A program made the position numbers and the translations under genes. From NCBI GenBank assembly GCA_963714085.1, contig OY970229.1, positions 1,280,001-1,344,000 on the forward strand: a stretch of DNA of 64,000 nt. The letters run 5' to 3'. This document shows, piece after piece, positions 47,013-55,418 of this stretch. Under the pieces are notes generated by a model. That model was not told where the DNA came from, did no database searches, and saw nothing but the letters and a program-made list of their open reading frames with translations. The DNA is from an uncultured Candidatus Micrarchaeota archaeon (lineage in GTDB: Archaea; Micrarchaeota; Micrarchaeia; Anstonellales; Bilamarchaeaceae). The stretch's first letter is position 1. Every line of letters begins with the position of its first letter.

Positions 47013-48395
47013 ATGGCGAGGAGCTTCGGATCCACGGCGCAAATAACGGTCCCTACCGACCCCTTCAGCCGCATCATCGGGCAGGACAACGCGGCGAACA
47101 TGGCACGCGTGGCCGCGCTCCAGAGGCGCCATCTCCTTCTCGTCGGCCCTCCGGGCACCGGCAAATCGCTCATCGCGCGCGCCATGGCGTCCGTGCTCCC
47201 GTCACCGAAGCAGGAGATCTCCGTACTGGACAATCCGGAAAGGCCCGAGCGGCCGGTGGTGGAGATAAGGGACGGGGATAAGATCGCCAGGGATTCCGGC
47301 GCCGAAAGATCCGGGAAGGAAATCCCCGCGAAGGACGTCCCGGTCTTCCTGGCCGAGCGCTTGGGCATCCGCTGCAGGAGGTGCGGCATGCTCCTGGACG
47401 AGCGGGGCGCGCCATGCTCCATATGCGGCGCATATCCTGCCCGCGAGGCTGTCGGCACAAGGTTCGCGACCGCGCAAAAGGGCGCTTCAGGCAGGCAGGA
47501 GACCATCTTCTACTCAATGGATTCGCGCGGCAGCGTCGTCATGCTCACCGAGGCCGAAGTGAAGACGGAGGAGGAGCAGAGGAAGAAGAGCAGGAGGAAG
47601 GTGCTGCTCCCTCTCAAGCGCAATCCGTTCGTCCAAGCCAGCGGGGCGAGCGAGACCGAGCTCCTGGGAGACGTGAGCCACGATCCGTACGGAGGGCACA
47701 GGGAATTGGGCACGCCGCCGTTCATGCGCGTGATCCCGGGCGCCGTGCACGAGGCGCACGAGGGCGTGCTCTTCATAGACGAGCTTTCGACTCTTGGCGG
47801 CCTCCAGCGCCATCTTCTCACCGCGATGCAGGACAAATCGTTCCCCATAAGCGGCAGGAACGCGACATCGTCCGGTGCCTCGGTGCGTGTGGACGCGGTG
47901 CCCTGCGACTTCATACTCGTGGGCGCGGTGAACGTGAACGACCTCCAGCCGATACTCCCGGCATTGCGCTCCAGGATAAACGGGGACGGCTACGAGGTGC
48001 TCATGAACGCGGCCATGGCGGACACGCCGGTCAACCGCATGAAGCTCGCCCAGTTCGTGGCCCAGGAGATCGTCCGCGACGGGAGGATCCCCCATGCCGG
48101 CTACGATGCTTTCGATTCCATCGCGATGCACGCGAGGAGGATGGCGAAGGAGATAGACGGCGAGGCGGACTCGTTGACGCTGCGCCTGCGCGCGATAAGC
48201 GGGGTCGTCAAGCTCGCGGGCGATCTGGCCGCGGTGAACAGGAACGAATTGATAACGAAAGAGGACGTGCTCGCTGCGATACGGAACGCCCGCTCCATAG
48301 AGGAGAAGATGCAGGAAAAGTACGGGAGCGCGTGGAGGGCCGGCGCCTCGGACGTCCAATCGAAGCAGGCACCAGCTGGAAGGGAAACTAGGTAA
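47013..48395 (+). CDS. LonB-like AAA+ ATPase without protease domain
   Basis: IIGQD, GPPGTGKS, LLGDV.HDPYG, GAVHEAHEGVLFIDE, VPCDF, PALRSRI, LTLRLR; CRRC..CSIC insert. Confidence 0.82.
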   Translation: MARSFGSTAQITVPTDPFSRIIGQDNAANMARVAALQRRHLLLVGPPGTGKSLIARAMASVLPSPKQEISVLDNPERPERPVVEIRDGDKIARDSGAERSGKEIPAKDVPVFLAERLGIRCRRCGMLLDERGAPCSICGAYPAREAVGTRFATAQKGASGRQETIFYSMDSRGSVVMLTEAEVKTEEEQRKKSRRKVLLPLKRNPFVQASGASETELLGDVSHDPYGGHRELGTPPFMRVIPGAVHEAHEGVLFIDELSTLGGLQRHLLTAMQDKSFPISGRNATSSGASVRVDAVPCDFILVGAVNVNDLQPILPALRSRINGDGYEVLMNAAMADTPVNRMKLAQFVAQEIVRDGRIPHAGYDAFDSIAMHARRMAKEIDGEADSLTLRLRAISGVVKLAGDLAAVNRNELITKEDVLAAIRNARSIEEKMQEKYGSAWRAGASDVQSKQAPAGRETR

Positions 48396-48399
48396 CGAA

Positions 48400-49365
48400 T
48401 CAGAGCGGTATGCCGGCTATGATCTCTTTTATCGCGCTGAGCGGCAGCCCGAAAAGATGCTCGTAGGTCCGCTCGAACTCTTCGTTGGCATGGCGCAGTA
48501 GAGCTTCCTTGTGAACCGCATCCGCCGGGTCGCATTCTGCCTCTGTGCCGCAAGCCTTAGCGAGATAACGGTCTGTCTCAGTCGGCGTTTCCCTGTATGA
48601 CATGCCGCGCATTATCTCGTCCTCTCTCATCCCATACCTCCCCTTCAGCCGATCGATGAAGCGGAAGGAGGCTTTGAGATGGGGCTCTCCAGTGGGGTTC
48701 CTGGCTCTGGACCTGCGATTGGTTATCATTGCCCTCAGAAGTATCATCGGGTCGTCGAAATGCATGAGCTCCAGCAGCGTTGAGAGGTACTCGCCATTAG
48801 AAGCGCCTATGGGGATAGGGAGCCCGGTCATGCGCCAGATGCTCAGATGCACCCCGTGCTCGCATTCATGGGCGGCATCGCTTTCCAGGCCGGTGAAAAC
48901 GAATGCCTGATGGAGCTCAGAGAGGTAAAGGCCGCCGGGGAGCCCGGGCGCTTTGCTGAACGGCTCCGGGACCCTCGAAACCAGCATGTCACCTATCATC
49001 TCGGTCGGACACGAGCATACGATGAACCCCAAAGGCTTGATGCCAGACATCTCCTGCGGCACTGCCTGCAAACCCGAGATCAAGGCAGACCGGTTGAAGT
49101 CGCGGATCCGGTCAAGGAAATCGCTGTATCTAAACGGCGCAAATCCGGATTCCGTCCTAAAAACCGTGCCTTCCTTGAAACCAACCGGCTTTACCGGAAC
49201 GGACCAATGGACGTCCTGGCCGCAGAGATGCTGCTTCAGGAACGGGAGGTGGGTCGGGCGGCCTTCCTTCGAATCTTTCTCCACGCTCCTAAGAATTCTT
49301 TCCCTCAGCCGTAGGGCTCTCGATTCGGCGCTGAGGCCCAGCGAGTACGCGGTGAGGGAGTGCAT
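48400..49365 (-). CDS. Hypothetical protein, possible HExxH metallopeptidase
   Basis: AAHECEHG with a downstream Glu (GEYLS). Confidence 0.5.
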   Translation of the reverse strand: MHSLTAYSLGLSAESRALRLRERILRSVEKDSKEGRPTHLPFLKQHLCGQDVHWSVPVKPVGFKEGTVFRTESGFAPFRYSDFLDRIRDFNRSALISGLQAVPQEMSGIKPLGFIVCSCPTEMIGDMLVSRVPEPFSKAPGLPGGLYLSELHQAFVFTGLESDAAHECEHGVHLSIWRMTGLPIPIGASNGEYLSTLLELMHFDDPMILLRAMITNRRSRARNPTGEPHLKASFRFIDRLKGRYGMREDEIMRGMSYRETPTETDRYLAKACGTEAECDPADAVHKEALLRHANEEFERTYEHLFGLPLSAIKEIIAGIPL

Positions 49366-49436
49366 ATGTTAATTGTGTTGGCAAATGATTAAAAAGGGTA
49401 ACCAAAGCGCTCTCTGAAGCTGGCTAGGGGAAGTGT

Positions 49437-49472
49437 AAAAGAAAAATAAAGAATCCCCTGGTCAGAGGATCC
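49437..49472 (-). terminator. Hairpin followed by T-rich tract
   Basis: Minus strand GGATCCTCTG-AC-CAGGGGATTC then TTTATTTTTCTTTT. Confidence 0.55.
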
Positions 49473-49478
49473 TTTTTA

Positions 49479-49684
49479 TGGGGGGATAACAAGGTGGAAC
49501 GGACCCTATAATGAGAGAGGCGGGAGCGGGCCCGTCCATGCCTTGCCATATCTTTCGATTAGTGTGATTGCACCAGCCCCGTTTTTTGAGTGGGAGGATA
49601 ACAAGGTAGAACGGGCCTAAAAACAGAGAGGCGGGAGCGGCCCGTTCTTTGCCTTGCCAATTTTTCGAGACTAGTGCAATTTAC
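49479..49684 (-). ncRNA. Tandem pair of structured RNA elements (112-nt period)
   Basis: Two diverged copies, each a long stem closing a 21-nt loop that starts with invariant GCUCCCGCCUCUCU. Confidence 0.65.
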
Positions 49685-49691
49685 GCACGAA

Positions 49692-50120
49692 TCACATCGG
49701 GAAGAAGAAGACCTTCTTTCCGACCTGCTTTTTGCCGAGCAGGTTCAGCTCGTATAACCGATTCAGTCTTGCGCAGGCGGCGTTCTTTCCCTTGTAGCTG
49801 AAATGCTGCCGCACGTCCTCGGCGCTTATCCTCCCCTTCTCCCGGACGAATTCCATGATTTTCTCGTCCACTTCGGGCAGGAGGGGCTCGCCTCCGGGCG
49901 CTGCGGCAGTGCCTGTTGGGATGTTCTCGAGTTTTGCGAGTATGTTCTTCAGTATCCGGTTGGTGTTCTCCCTCTCCTCGAGGAGCTTGTACATAAGCTC
50001 TCCGAGGATGACCGGGTCGCTGAATTTCTGCATGTTGTTCTCGAGGTCATTCCTGATTTCGCTGCGCAACGGGCTGCGTTCGGTGTTAAGTTTATATATG
50101 TTAACACTGTTATCTTCCAT
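49692..50120 (-). CDS. Coiled-coil plus wHTH DNA-binding protein
   Basis: ISAEDVRQHFSYKGKNAACARLNRLYELNLL..QVGKKVFF. Confidence 0.75.
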   Translation of the reverse strand: MEDNSVNIYKLNTERSPLRSEIRNDLENNMQKFSDPVILGELMYKLLEERENTNRILKNILAKLENIPTGTAAAPGGEPLLPEVDEKIMEFVREKGRISAEDVRQHFSYKGKNAACARLNRLYELNLLGKKQVGKKVFFFPM

Positions 50121-50175
50121 CGAAGTCACCCCGTTGTTGAGTGGTTTCCTGACAACGTTGCGATAAGATCACGCA

Positions 50176-50209
50176 ACTATCATGATAGTATCATGATAGG
50201 GTTTATAAA
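50176..50209. promoter_or_regulatory. Overlapping palindromic operator next to TATA box
   Basis: ACTATCATGATAGT (50176-50189) and TATCATGATA (50189-50198); TTTATAAA at 50202-50209. Confidence 0.6.
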
Positions 50210-50238
50210 GCTAACGTTTCTCCCATGAATCTATTTGG

Positions 50239-50799
50239 ATGCTAGGTGGCGATTTGAAATCAATGAAAGACATGGCTTTCCAGGTGCTCGACGCATTCAG
50301 GGCCAGGAACCAGAAGAGCCTCAGGAAGATAAACGACGTCGTGCTCAAAGAGGCGAGCCTGGATTTCACCAGCACCGCGTACGAGATGGCCGTGCTCTCC
50401 TACGTTTTATCCAAGATAGTCTCAAAGCCGCGATTCCTCGGCAAGGATGCGGCCCCGCGCATCAGGAAGATCGAGGACGAGATCAGGGGCCTGGTGCAGA
50501 TACTGGGCACGAACCAGGACACCGCGCCGTACTTCAAGCGCATCGCGACCGCGATCGGGCAGCTGGAGAAGCTGGACCCGCGGTTCGTGCGCGACCTGGT
50601 CTCCAAGGGCAGGCTCAAGACCGCGGCCACCATGTACGCCCAGGGCATATCGCTGGGGCTGGCTTCGGAGATGACCGGCATCTCGAAGCAGGACATACTG
50701 AGCTACGCCGGAAGGACCATGATGTTCGACAGGATAAAGGAGGAGATGCCCGTGGCGGAACGGCTCAAGGCCGCGCGCAGGGCGCTGGGCGGTGCGTGA
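50239..50799 (+). CDS. Hypothetical protein with C-terminal HTH-like segment
   Basis: YAQGISLGLASEMTGISKQDILSY; abuts the PIN gene. Confidence 0.7.
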   Translation: MLGGDLKSMKDMAFQVLDAFRARNQKSLRKINDVVLKEASLDFTSTAYEMAVLSYVLSKIVSKPRFLGKDAAPRIRKIEDEIRGLVQILGTNQDTAPYFKRIATAIGQLEKLDPRFVRDLVSKGRLKTAATMYAQGISLGLASEMTGISKQDILSYAGRTMMFDRIKEEMPVAERLKAARRALGGA

Positions 50800-51483
50800 A
50801 TGGAATCCAAGGACATACTCTGCGACTCCGGCTCGTTCATATCCCTGACCACCGCGTGCCTGGACCCCATAATCTATTTCCTTTCGGAGAAGTTCAAGGT
50901 CCGGTTCGTGATACCGACCATGGTCCGCAAGGAGACCGTGGACTATCCGCTGGAAAAGGGCCTCAAGCAGTACGCGTTCTCGGCCATCAAGATAAAGGAG
51001 GCATTGAAAGACGGAGTGATAAACGCGGTGGACATGGACGTCTCGTCGCAGACCCAGCGCATACTGCGCATGGCCAACGGGATCTTCTACGTCCAGGGCA
51101 AGCCGCTGCAGCTCATACAGCACGGGGAGGCCGAGATGCTCGCCCTGGCGAAGGCTTTGGACATAAGGGACATACTGATAGACGAGCGCACCACCAGGAT
51201 GCTCATAGAGGCGCCCTTCAGCATGAAGGACCATCTGGCCGAGGAGTTCGGCGTGAACGTCATGCTTGACCGGAAGGCGCTCACGGAGTTCGGCGCCATC
51301 ACCAAGGGCATGACCGCGCTCCGCTCGAGCGAGCTGGTGATGGTCGCGTACGAGGACGGGTACTTCGACCACTTCGACGAGCTCAAGCGCGAGGCGCTGG
51401 AGGCCGCATTGTACAAGGTCCGATTCTCCGGCTGCTCCATCAGGTTCGACGAGATCGAGGAATACGTGAAGATGGTCAGATAG
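50800..51483 (+). CDS. PIN-domain protein
   Basis: LCDSGSFI, HGEAEMLALA, ILIDERTTR. Confidence 0.72.
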   Translation: MESKDILCDSGSFISLTTACLDPIIYFLSEKFKVRFVIPTMVRKETVDYPLEKGLKQYAFSAIKIKEALKDGVINAVDMDVSSQTQRILRMANGIFYVQGKPLQLIQHGEAEMLALAKALDIRDILIDERTTRMLIEAPFSMKDHLAEEFGVNVMLDRKALTEFGAITKGMTALRSSELVMVAYEDGYFDHFDELKREALEAALYKVRFSGCSIRFDEIEEYVKMVR

Positions 51484-51491
51484 GTGCGCTG

Positions 51492-52160
51492 ATGGAGACC
51501 AAAGACCGCGCACTGATAGTGATGGACCAGAGGGAGAGCGCGGATTTCGTAAGGCTTCTTTCCGATGCCGGAGTGGACGTGGAGCGCAAGCAGCTCCAGG
51601 TCGGCGATTTCCTCTGCTCCGAACGGCTTGCCGTTGAGCGCAAGACGCGCTCGGATTTCGAGCAGTCCATAATGGACGGCCGGTTGTTCTCCCAGCTCTC
51701 CAATCTCATTTCCAATTTTCCGCGGGTAGCGGTCGTGGTGGAAGGCGAGAGCGCCGAGGGAAGGATCTCGAAGCAGGCGCTGCTCGGCGCGTATGCGGCC
51801 GTGGTCTCGGATTTCGGCGCCAGCATGTTCTTCACCAGGGACACGGAGGGGACCGCAGAACTCCTCTGCGCGCTGGCCAAGCACGAGCAATTGGCCAAGA
51901 AAATCCCGATGCGCGTGTTCGCGAAGAGGAAGACGCTCACCGCGTCCGCGAACCAGCGGGCGATAGCAGAGATGCTTCCCATGGTCGGCCCGAAGCTCGC
52001 AAAGGCGCTGCTCGAGCGCTTCGGGAACGTGGAGAGCCTGTTCACCGCGAGCGAAGAGGAACTGAGGAAAGTGGAAGGCGTGGGCGCCAAGCGTGCGAAG
52101 GCCATAAGGAGCGTAATCGAGAACCCATATTCTAGCGAGGAAGACGCGGACCACCAATGA
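51492..52160 (+). CDS. xpf: Short XPF/ERCC4 nuclease with HhH
   Basis: DQRE, GDF, VERKTRSDF, GRLFSQ, two HhH motifs. Confidence 0.88.
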   Translation: METKDRALIVMDQRESADFVRLLSDAGVDVERKQLQVGDFLCSERLAVERKTRSDFEQSIMDGRLFSQLSNLISNFPRVAVVVEGESAEGRISKQALLGAYAAVVSDFGASMFFTRDTEGTAELLCALAKHEQLAKKIPMRVFAKRKTLTASANQRAIAEMLPMVGPKLAKALLERFGNVESLFTASEEELRKVEGVGAKRAKAIRSVIENPYSSEEDADHQ

Positions 52161-52194
52161 ATTCTTTTATAATTCTTGGGCGAGAAATAGCACC

Positions 52195-53076
52195 ATGCAG
52201 CTCCAGTGCCAAGGCTTCACCCTCGGTCTCGACCATCCGGCGGGCGATTTCTCGTTCCTCTCCCACGCCCACAAGGACCATTCCGCGGGCATGCAAAGGC
52301 AGAAGAGGATAATCGCGAGCCAGGAGACGCTCGCTATCGTGGGGCTGGAGAAGTCCGCCTGCGTCCCTCCAGATGGCGTTAAGCTCAGGATGCCGGACGC
52401 CGGGCACATGCTGGGCTCCAGGCAGCTATTACTGGAGCAGGACGGAAAAGTGACGATCTACACAGGAGACATCTCGCTCAAGGAGAATGTGTTCGGCCAG
52501 AAGGCGGAGATCCCCTCCTGCGACCGGCTCATCATGGAGGCCACCTACGGCAGCGACCCGGTGTACAGGTTCCCCAGCCATGAGAGCGTATACGAGGAGA
52601 TATCCTCCTTCATCCGCTCCAACGACTCGAGCAACGTACTGCTGGGCTGCTACGAGATAGGAAAGGCCCAGGAGATGGTGAGGATACTCAACGAGCGCTG
52701 CGGCATCGCCCCTGTCGTGAACGAGACCACGGAGGAGATCTGCGCGGTCTACGAGAGGTTCGGCCTGAAGCTGGACCGCCTGGAGATAGGAAGAGAGGAG
52801 GCGGAGGAGGTAATGAACCGCAGGTTCGTCGCTGTGGTGCCCATGCGCCACGCGAAGAGATACTTCGCAAGAAAGCTCGCGGACGCGTTCGGGAAGAAGA
52901 CGCTCTGCGCGGCGGTGACCGGCTGGGCGCTGACAATGAGGTTCGACGCGGACGCCGCGTTCCCGCTCAGCGACCACGCGGACTTCCACGAATTGCGCGA
53001 ATACATAAGCCGCTCCGGAGCGAAAGAGATAGAATTCTTCTGCGGAGACGGAAGAAGGCTCCTCGAATTCTTATAA
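52195..53076 (+). CDS. Metallo-beta-lactamase (beta-CASP-like) nuclease
   Basis: SHAHKDH, AGHMLGS, YTGD, EATYG, LSDHADF. Confidence 0.85.
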   Translation: MQLQCQGFTLGLDHPAGDFSFLSHAHKDHSAGMQRQKRIIASQETLAIVGLEKSACVPPDGVKLRMPDAGHMLGSRQLLLEQDGKVTIYTGDISLKENVFGQKAEIPSCDRLIMEATYGSDPVYRFPSHESVYEEISSFIRSNDSSNVLLGCYEIGKAQEMVRILNERCGIAPVVNETTEEICAVYERFGLKLDRLEIGREEAEEVMNRRFVAVVPMRHAKRYFARKLADAFGKKTLCAAVTGWALTMRFDADAAFPLSDHADFHELREYISRSGAKEIEFFCGDGRRLLEFL

Positions 53077-53463
53077 CAAGCTGGCGCTCAGCGAACGCAC
53101 CATCTTCCCGCTCTTCAATGCGGCGAAAAGCTCCCTTATCCTCCCAGCTTCGCCGCAGATTATCAGCACCCGCATGTGGACGCCCTCGTGGTGCTGGTGC
53201 ATCTCGGTCCTTATGACGTCCTCGAACTGCGCAAGCAGGTGGCCGAGCTCGTCCTTCCTGCGGTAGTTGTACGTCACCGTGAGCACAGCGTCGCAATGGC
53301 CCTCGAGCTCCTCCATGACCCGGTACTCGTTGAGCATCGAATCTATGGTGGCGCGCATGAGCTTGGAGCGGCTCCTGAAGCCCAGCTTCTTCTGGATCGA
53401 GTCCAGGTTGGTCACCGTCTCCTTGTCGAGCGATATGCTGATTATCTCCAAAACATCACCCAA
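53071..53463 (-). CDS. NikR-like ribbon-helix-helix metalloregulator
   Basis: IISISLD..GFRSRSKLMR; His cluster HQHH..H in ACT-like domain. Confidence 0.8.
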   Translation of the reverse strand: MGDVLEIISISLDKETVTNLDSIQKKLGFRSRSKLMRATIDSMLNEYRVMEELEGHCDAVLTVTYNYRRKDELGHLLAQFEDVIRTEMHQHHEGVHMRVLIICGEAGRIRELFAALKSGKMVRSLSASLL

Positions 53464-53466
53464 GAA

Positions 53467-53619
53467 TCAGCGGAGCTTCTCCCGTACCCCGTGCAGTATG
53501 AGGGCGCTGCTGGAGATTATGCACACCGGGCACGGGCAGGCCGCGACGGCGCCTATGCCCCAGAGTACGCCCACCGCGATGCTCTCATTGCCCTTGCTTA
53601 TGATATTCTCTTTCTTCAT
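53467..53619 (-). CDS. 50-aa membrane microprotein with CPCPVC motif
   Basis: MKKENIISKGNESIAVGVLWGIGAVAACPCPVCIISSSALILHGVREKLR*; ends 3 nt before the NikR-like ORF. Confidence 0.68.
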   Translation of the reverse strand: MKKENIISKGNESIAVGVLWGIGAVAACPCPVCIISSSALILHGVREKLR

Positions 53620-53632
53620 GATGCTCCGCCTG

Positions 53633-53670
53633 TTATTAACTTTTCAAGGATATCTCCCTATAGTTAATAA
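53633..53670. promoter_or_regulatory. Inverted repeat, candidate metalloregulator operator
   Basis: TTATTAACT-N20-AGTTAATAA between divergent operons. Confidence 0.55.
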
Positions 53671-53721
53671 TATATGTGCAAATATTTATTAATACTGCTT
53701 TTGACCAATATCCCTGGTGAT

Positions 53722-54660
53722 ATGGTGGATAGGAAGTTATTGGCTATATCGATGCTTTGCATATGCATGTTCATGGGATGCACCTCCGCGCCGAGCGCGT
53801 CATCCGCTCCAGCTCCGGGCAGGCTGCAGGTGGTGACTTCCTTCAGGCCGTTCACCCTGCTGGTCGGCCCGGTCGCTGGAGATGACGCAGAGATAACCCA
53901 GATACTTCCGCCCGGAGCAGACCCCCATGATTATGAGCCGACGCCGCGGGACGCGGTGACGCTGCAGAACGCATCGATATTCTTCTTCGACGGCCCGTTC
54001 CTCGAGCCGTGGGCGTCCTCCATAGCCGCCTCGGCCAATCCGGACATAAAACTCGTGTCGTTCGCGGATTCCATACCTGCGCAGGCTTTCGCGCAGATGG
54101 AGAGCCAGTACCCTAACTTCCCGAACGTAAGCCAGGATCCGCACTTATGGCTCTCACCCAAGCTGGCGGAATATTTCGTGCCGTACGTCGCGCAACAGCT
54201 ATCTGCGGCAGACCCGGCTCATGCGGCTGATTACAACTCCAACGCCCAGGCATATGTGATAAGATTGCAGAAGCTGGATGCGGATTACACCGCAGGATTG
54301 GCCAACTGCACGACCCGGACGTTCCTGAGCTCGCACGCGTTCCTCGACTACGTGGCCGCTGACTATAACCTCACGGCCATCTCAATAGCCGGCCTGAGCC
54401 CGGATGCCGAGCCGTCCATAGAGCAGATGGATTCCATAATCAACGAATCCAAGACTGACCATGTGATGGGCGTCCTGGCGGAACCGGACGAGGCGCAGCA
54501 GCTGAGCCAGTCCGTGGCGGGCGAGCTCGGCCTGCCGGTCTACCCGTTCAGCACCATGGAGATCCTGCCCGCCGCGAACCAGAACGCCAGCGCAAACGAT
54601 TATATCTCCATACAGGAAGAGAATCTGCAGGAACTGAGGTCTGCGTTGGGATGCCGGTGA
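53722..54660 (+). CDS. znuA: Zn/Mn ABC transporter substrate-binding protein
   Basis: PGADPHDYEP, DPHLWLSP, SHAFLDY, AEPS. Confidence 0.88.
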   Translation: MVDRKLLAISMLCICMFMGCTSAPSASSAPAPGRLQVVTSFRPFTLLVGPVAGDDAEITQILPPGADPHDYEPTPRDAVTLQNASIFFFDGPFLEPWASSIAASANPDIKLVSFADSIPAQAFAQMESQYPNFPNVSQDPHLWLSPKLAEYFVPYVAQQLSAADPAHAADYNSNAQAYVIRLQKLDADYTAGLANCTTRTFLSSHAFLDYVAADYNLTAISIAGLSPDAEPSIEQMDSIINESKTDHVMGVLAEPDEAQQLSQSVAGELGLPVYPFSTMEILPAANQNASANDYISIQEENLQELRSALGCR

Positions 54661-55409
54661 AAAACGAGGAAGACGTCTGCCTGAGGGCAAAGCACATATG
54701 GTTCTCCTACGGGAGCGACCACATACTGCAGGACGTTTCGGTCACGATAAATGAGGGGGAGTTCGTGGGCATAGCCGGGCCCAACGGGGCGGGCAAGACC
54801 ACGCTCATGAAGATACTCGTGGGCCTTCTCAAACCCCAGAAGGGGACGGTGGAGTTCACATGCCAGCAGGGCGAGTGCAAGGGCGAGAGCCCGTGCAGGC
54901 CGTGTGTCGGCTACGTGCCCCAGGATCCCATGCTGAGGGAGCGGCAGTTCCCGGTGACTGTGCGCGAGGTCGTGGAGATGGGCAGGTTCAGCCAGGCAGG
55001 GATGCTCCGCCCGCTTTCGTCAAGCGACAGGGAAGACGTCCACCAGGCCATAGCCGAGGCGGGCCTTGGCAGGATAGAGGACGAGATGTTCGGGGACCTC
55101 TCAGGCGGGCAGCAGCAGCGCGTGCTCGTCGCCCGCGCCTTGGTGAGCAAGCCGCACCTGCTGGCCTTGGACGAGCCGACGAGCGGAGTGGATGCCAAGG
55201 GCAAGCAGGGGTTCTATGAACTGCTGACGCACCTCCACGAGGCGCACAACATGTCCGTCCTGATAATACTGCACGACCTGCCGGACCTCACGGAGCGGGT
55301 CGAGCGCCTGATATTCCTCCAGCGGAAGGTCCTCTACGACGGCCCGGCGAAGAAGATCGGCGCCGACGGGCTCTGGGAGCTGATGAAAAAAGCAAGCGTC
55401 AATGAATGA
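54651..55409 (+). CDS. znuC: Zn/Mn ABC transporter ATPase
   Basis: GPNGAGKTT, GYVPQ, LSGGQQQR, LDEPTSGVD. Confidence 0.9.
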   Translation: MPVKNEEDVCLRAKHIWFSYGSDHILQDVSVTINEGEFVGIAGPNGAGKTTLMKILVGLLKPQKGTVEFTCQQGECKGESPCRPCVGYVPQDPMLRERQFPVTVREVVEMGRFSQAGMLRPLSSSDREDVHQAIAEAGLGRIEDEMFGDLSGGQQQRVLVARALVSKPHLLALDEPTSGVDAKGKQGFYELLTHLHEAHNMSVLIILHDLPDLTERVERLIFLQRKVLYDGPAKKIGADGLWELMKKASVNE

Positions 55410-55418
55410 GGTGTTGCC

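Noticed and set aside
49405..49440. Possible remnant of the Lon-like gene 3' end
   Set aside because: Similarity too short and gapped compared with the rtcB and uvrC cases.
49479..49684. Tandem repeats as CRISPR units or short peptide genes
   Set aside because: Only two ~100-nt units with no unique spacers; indels break frame conservation while base pairing is kept.
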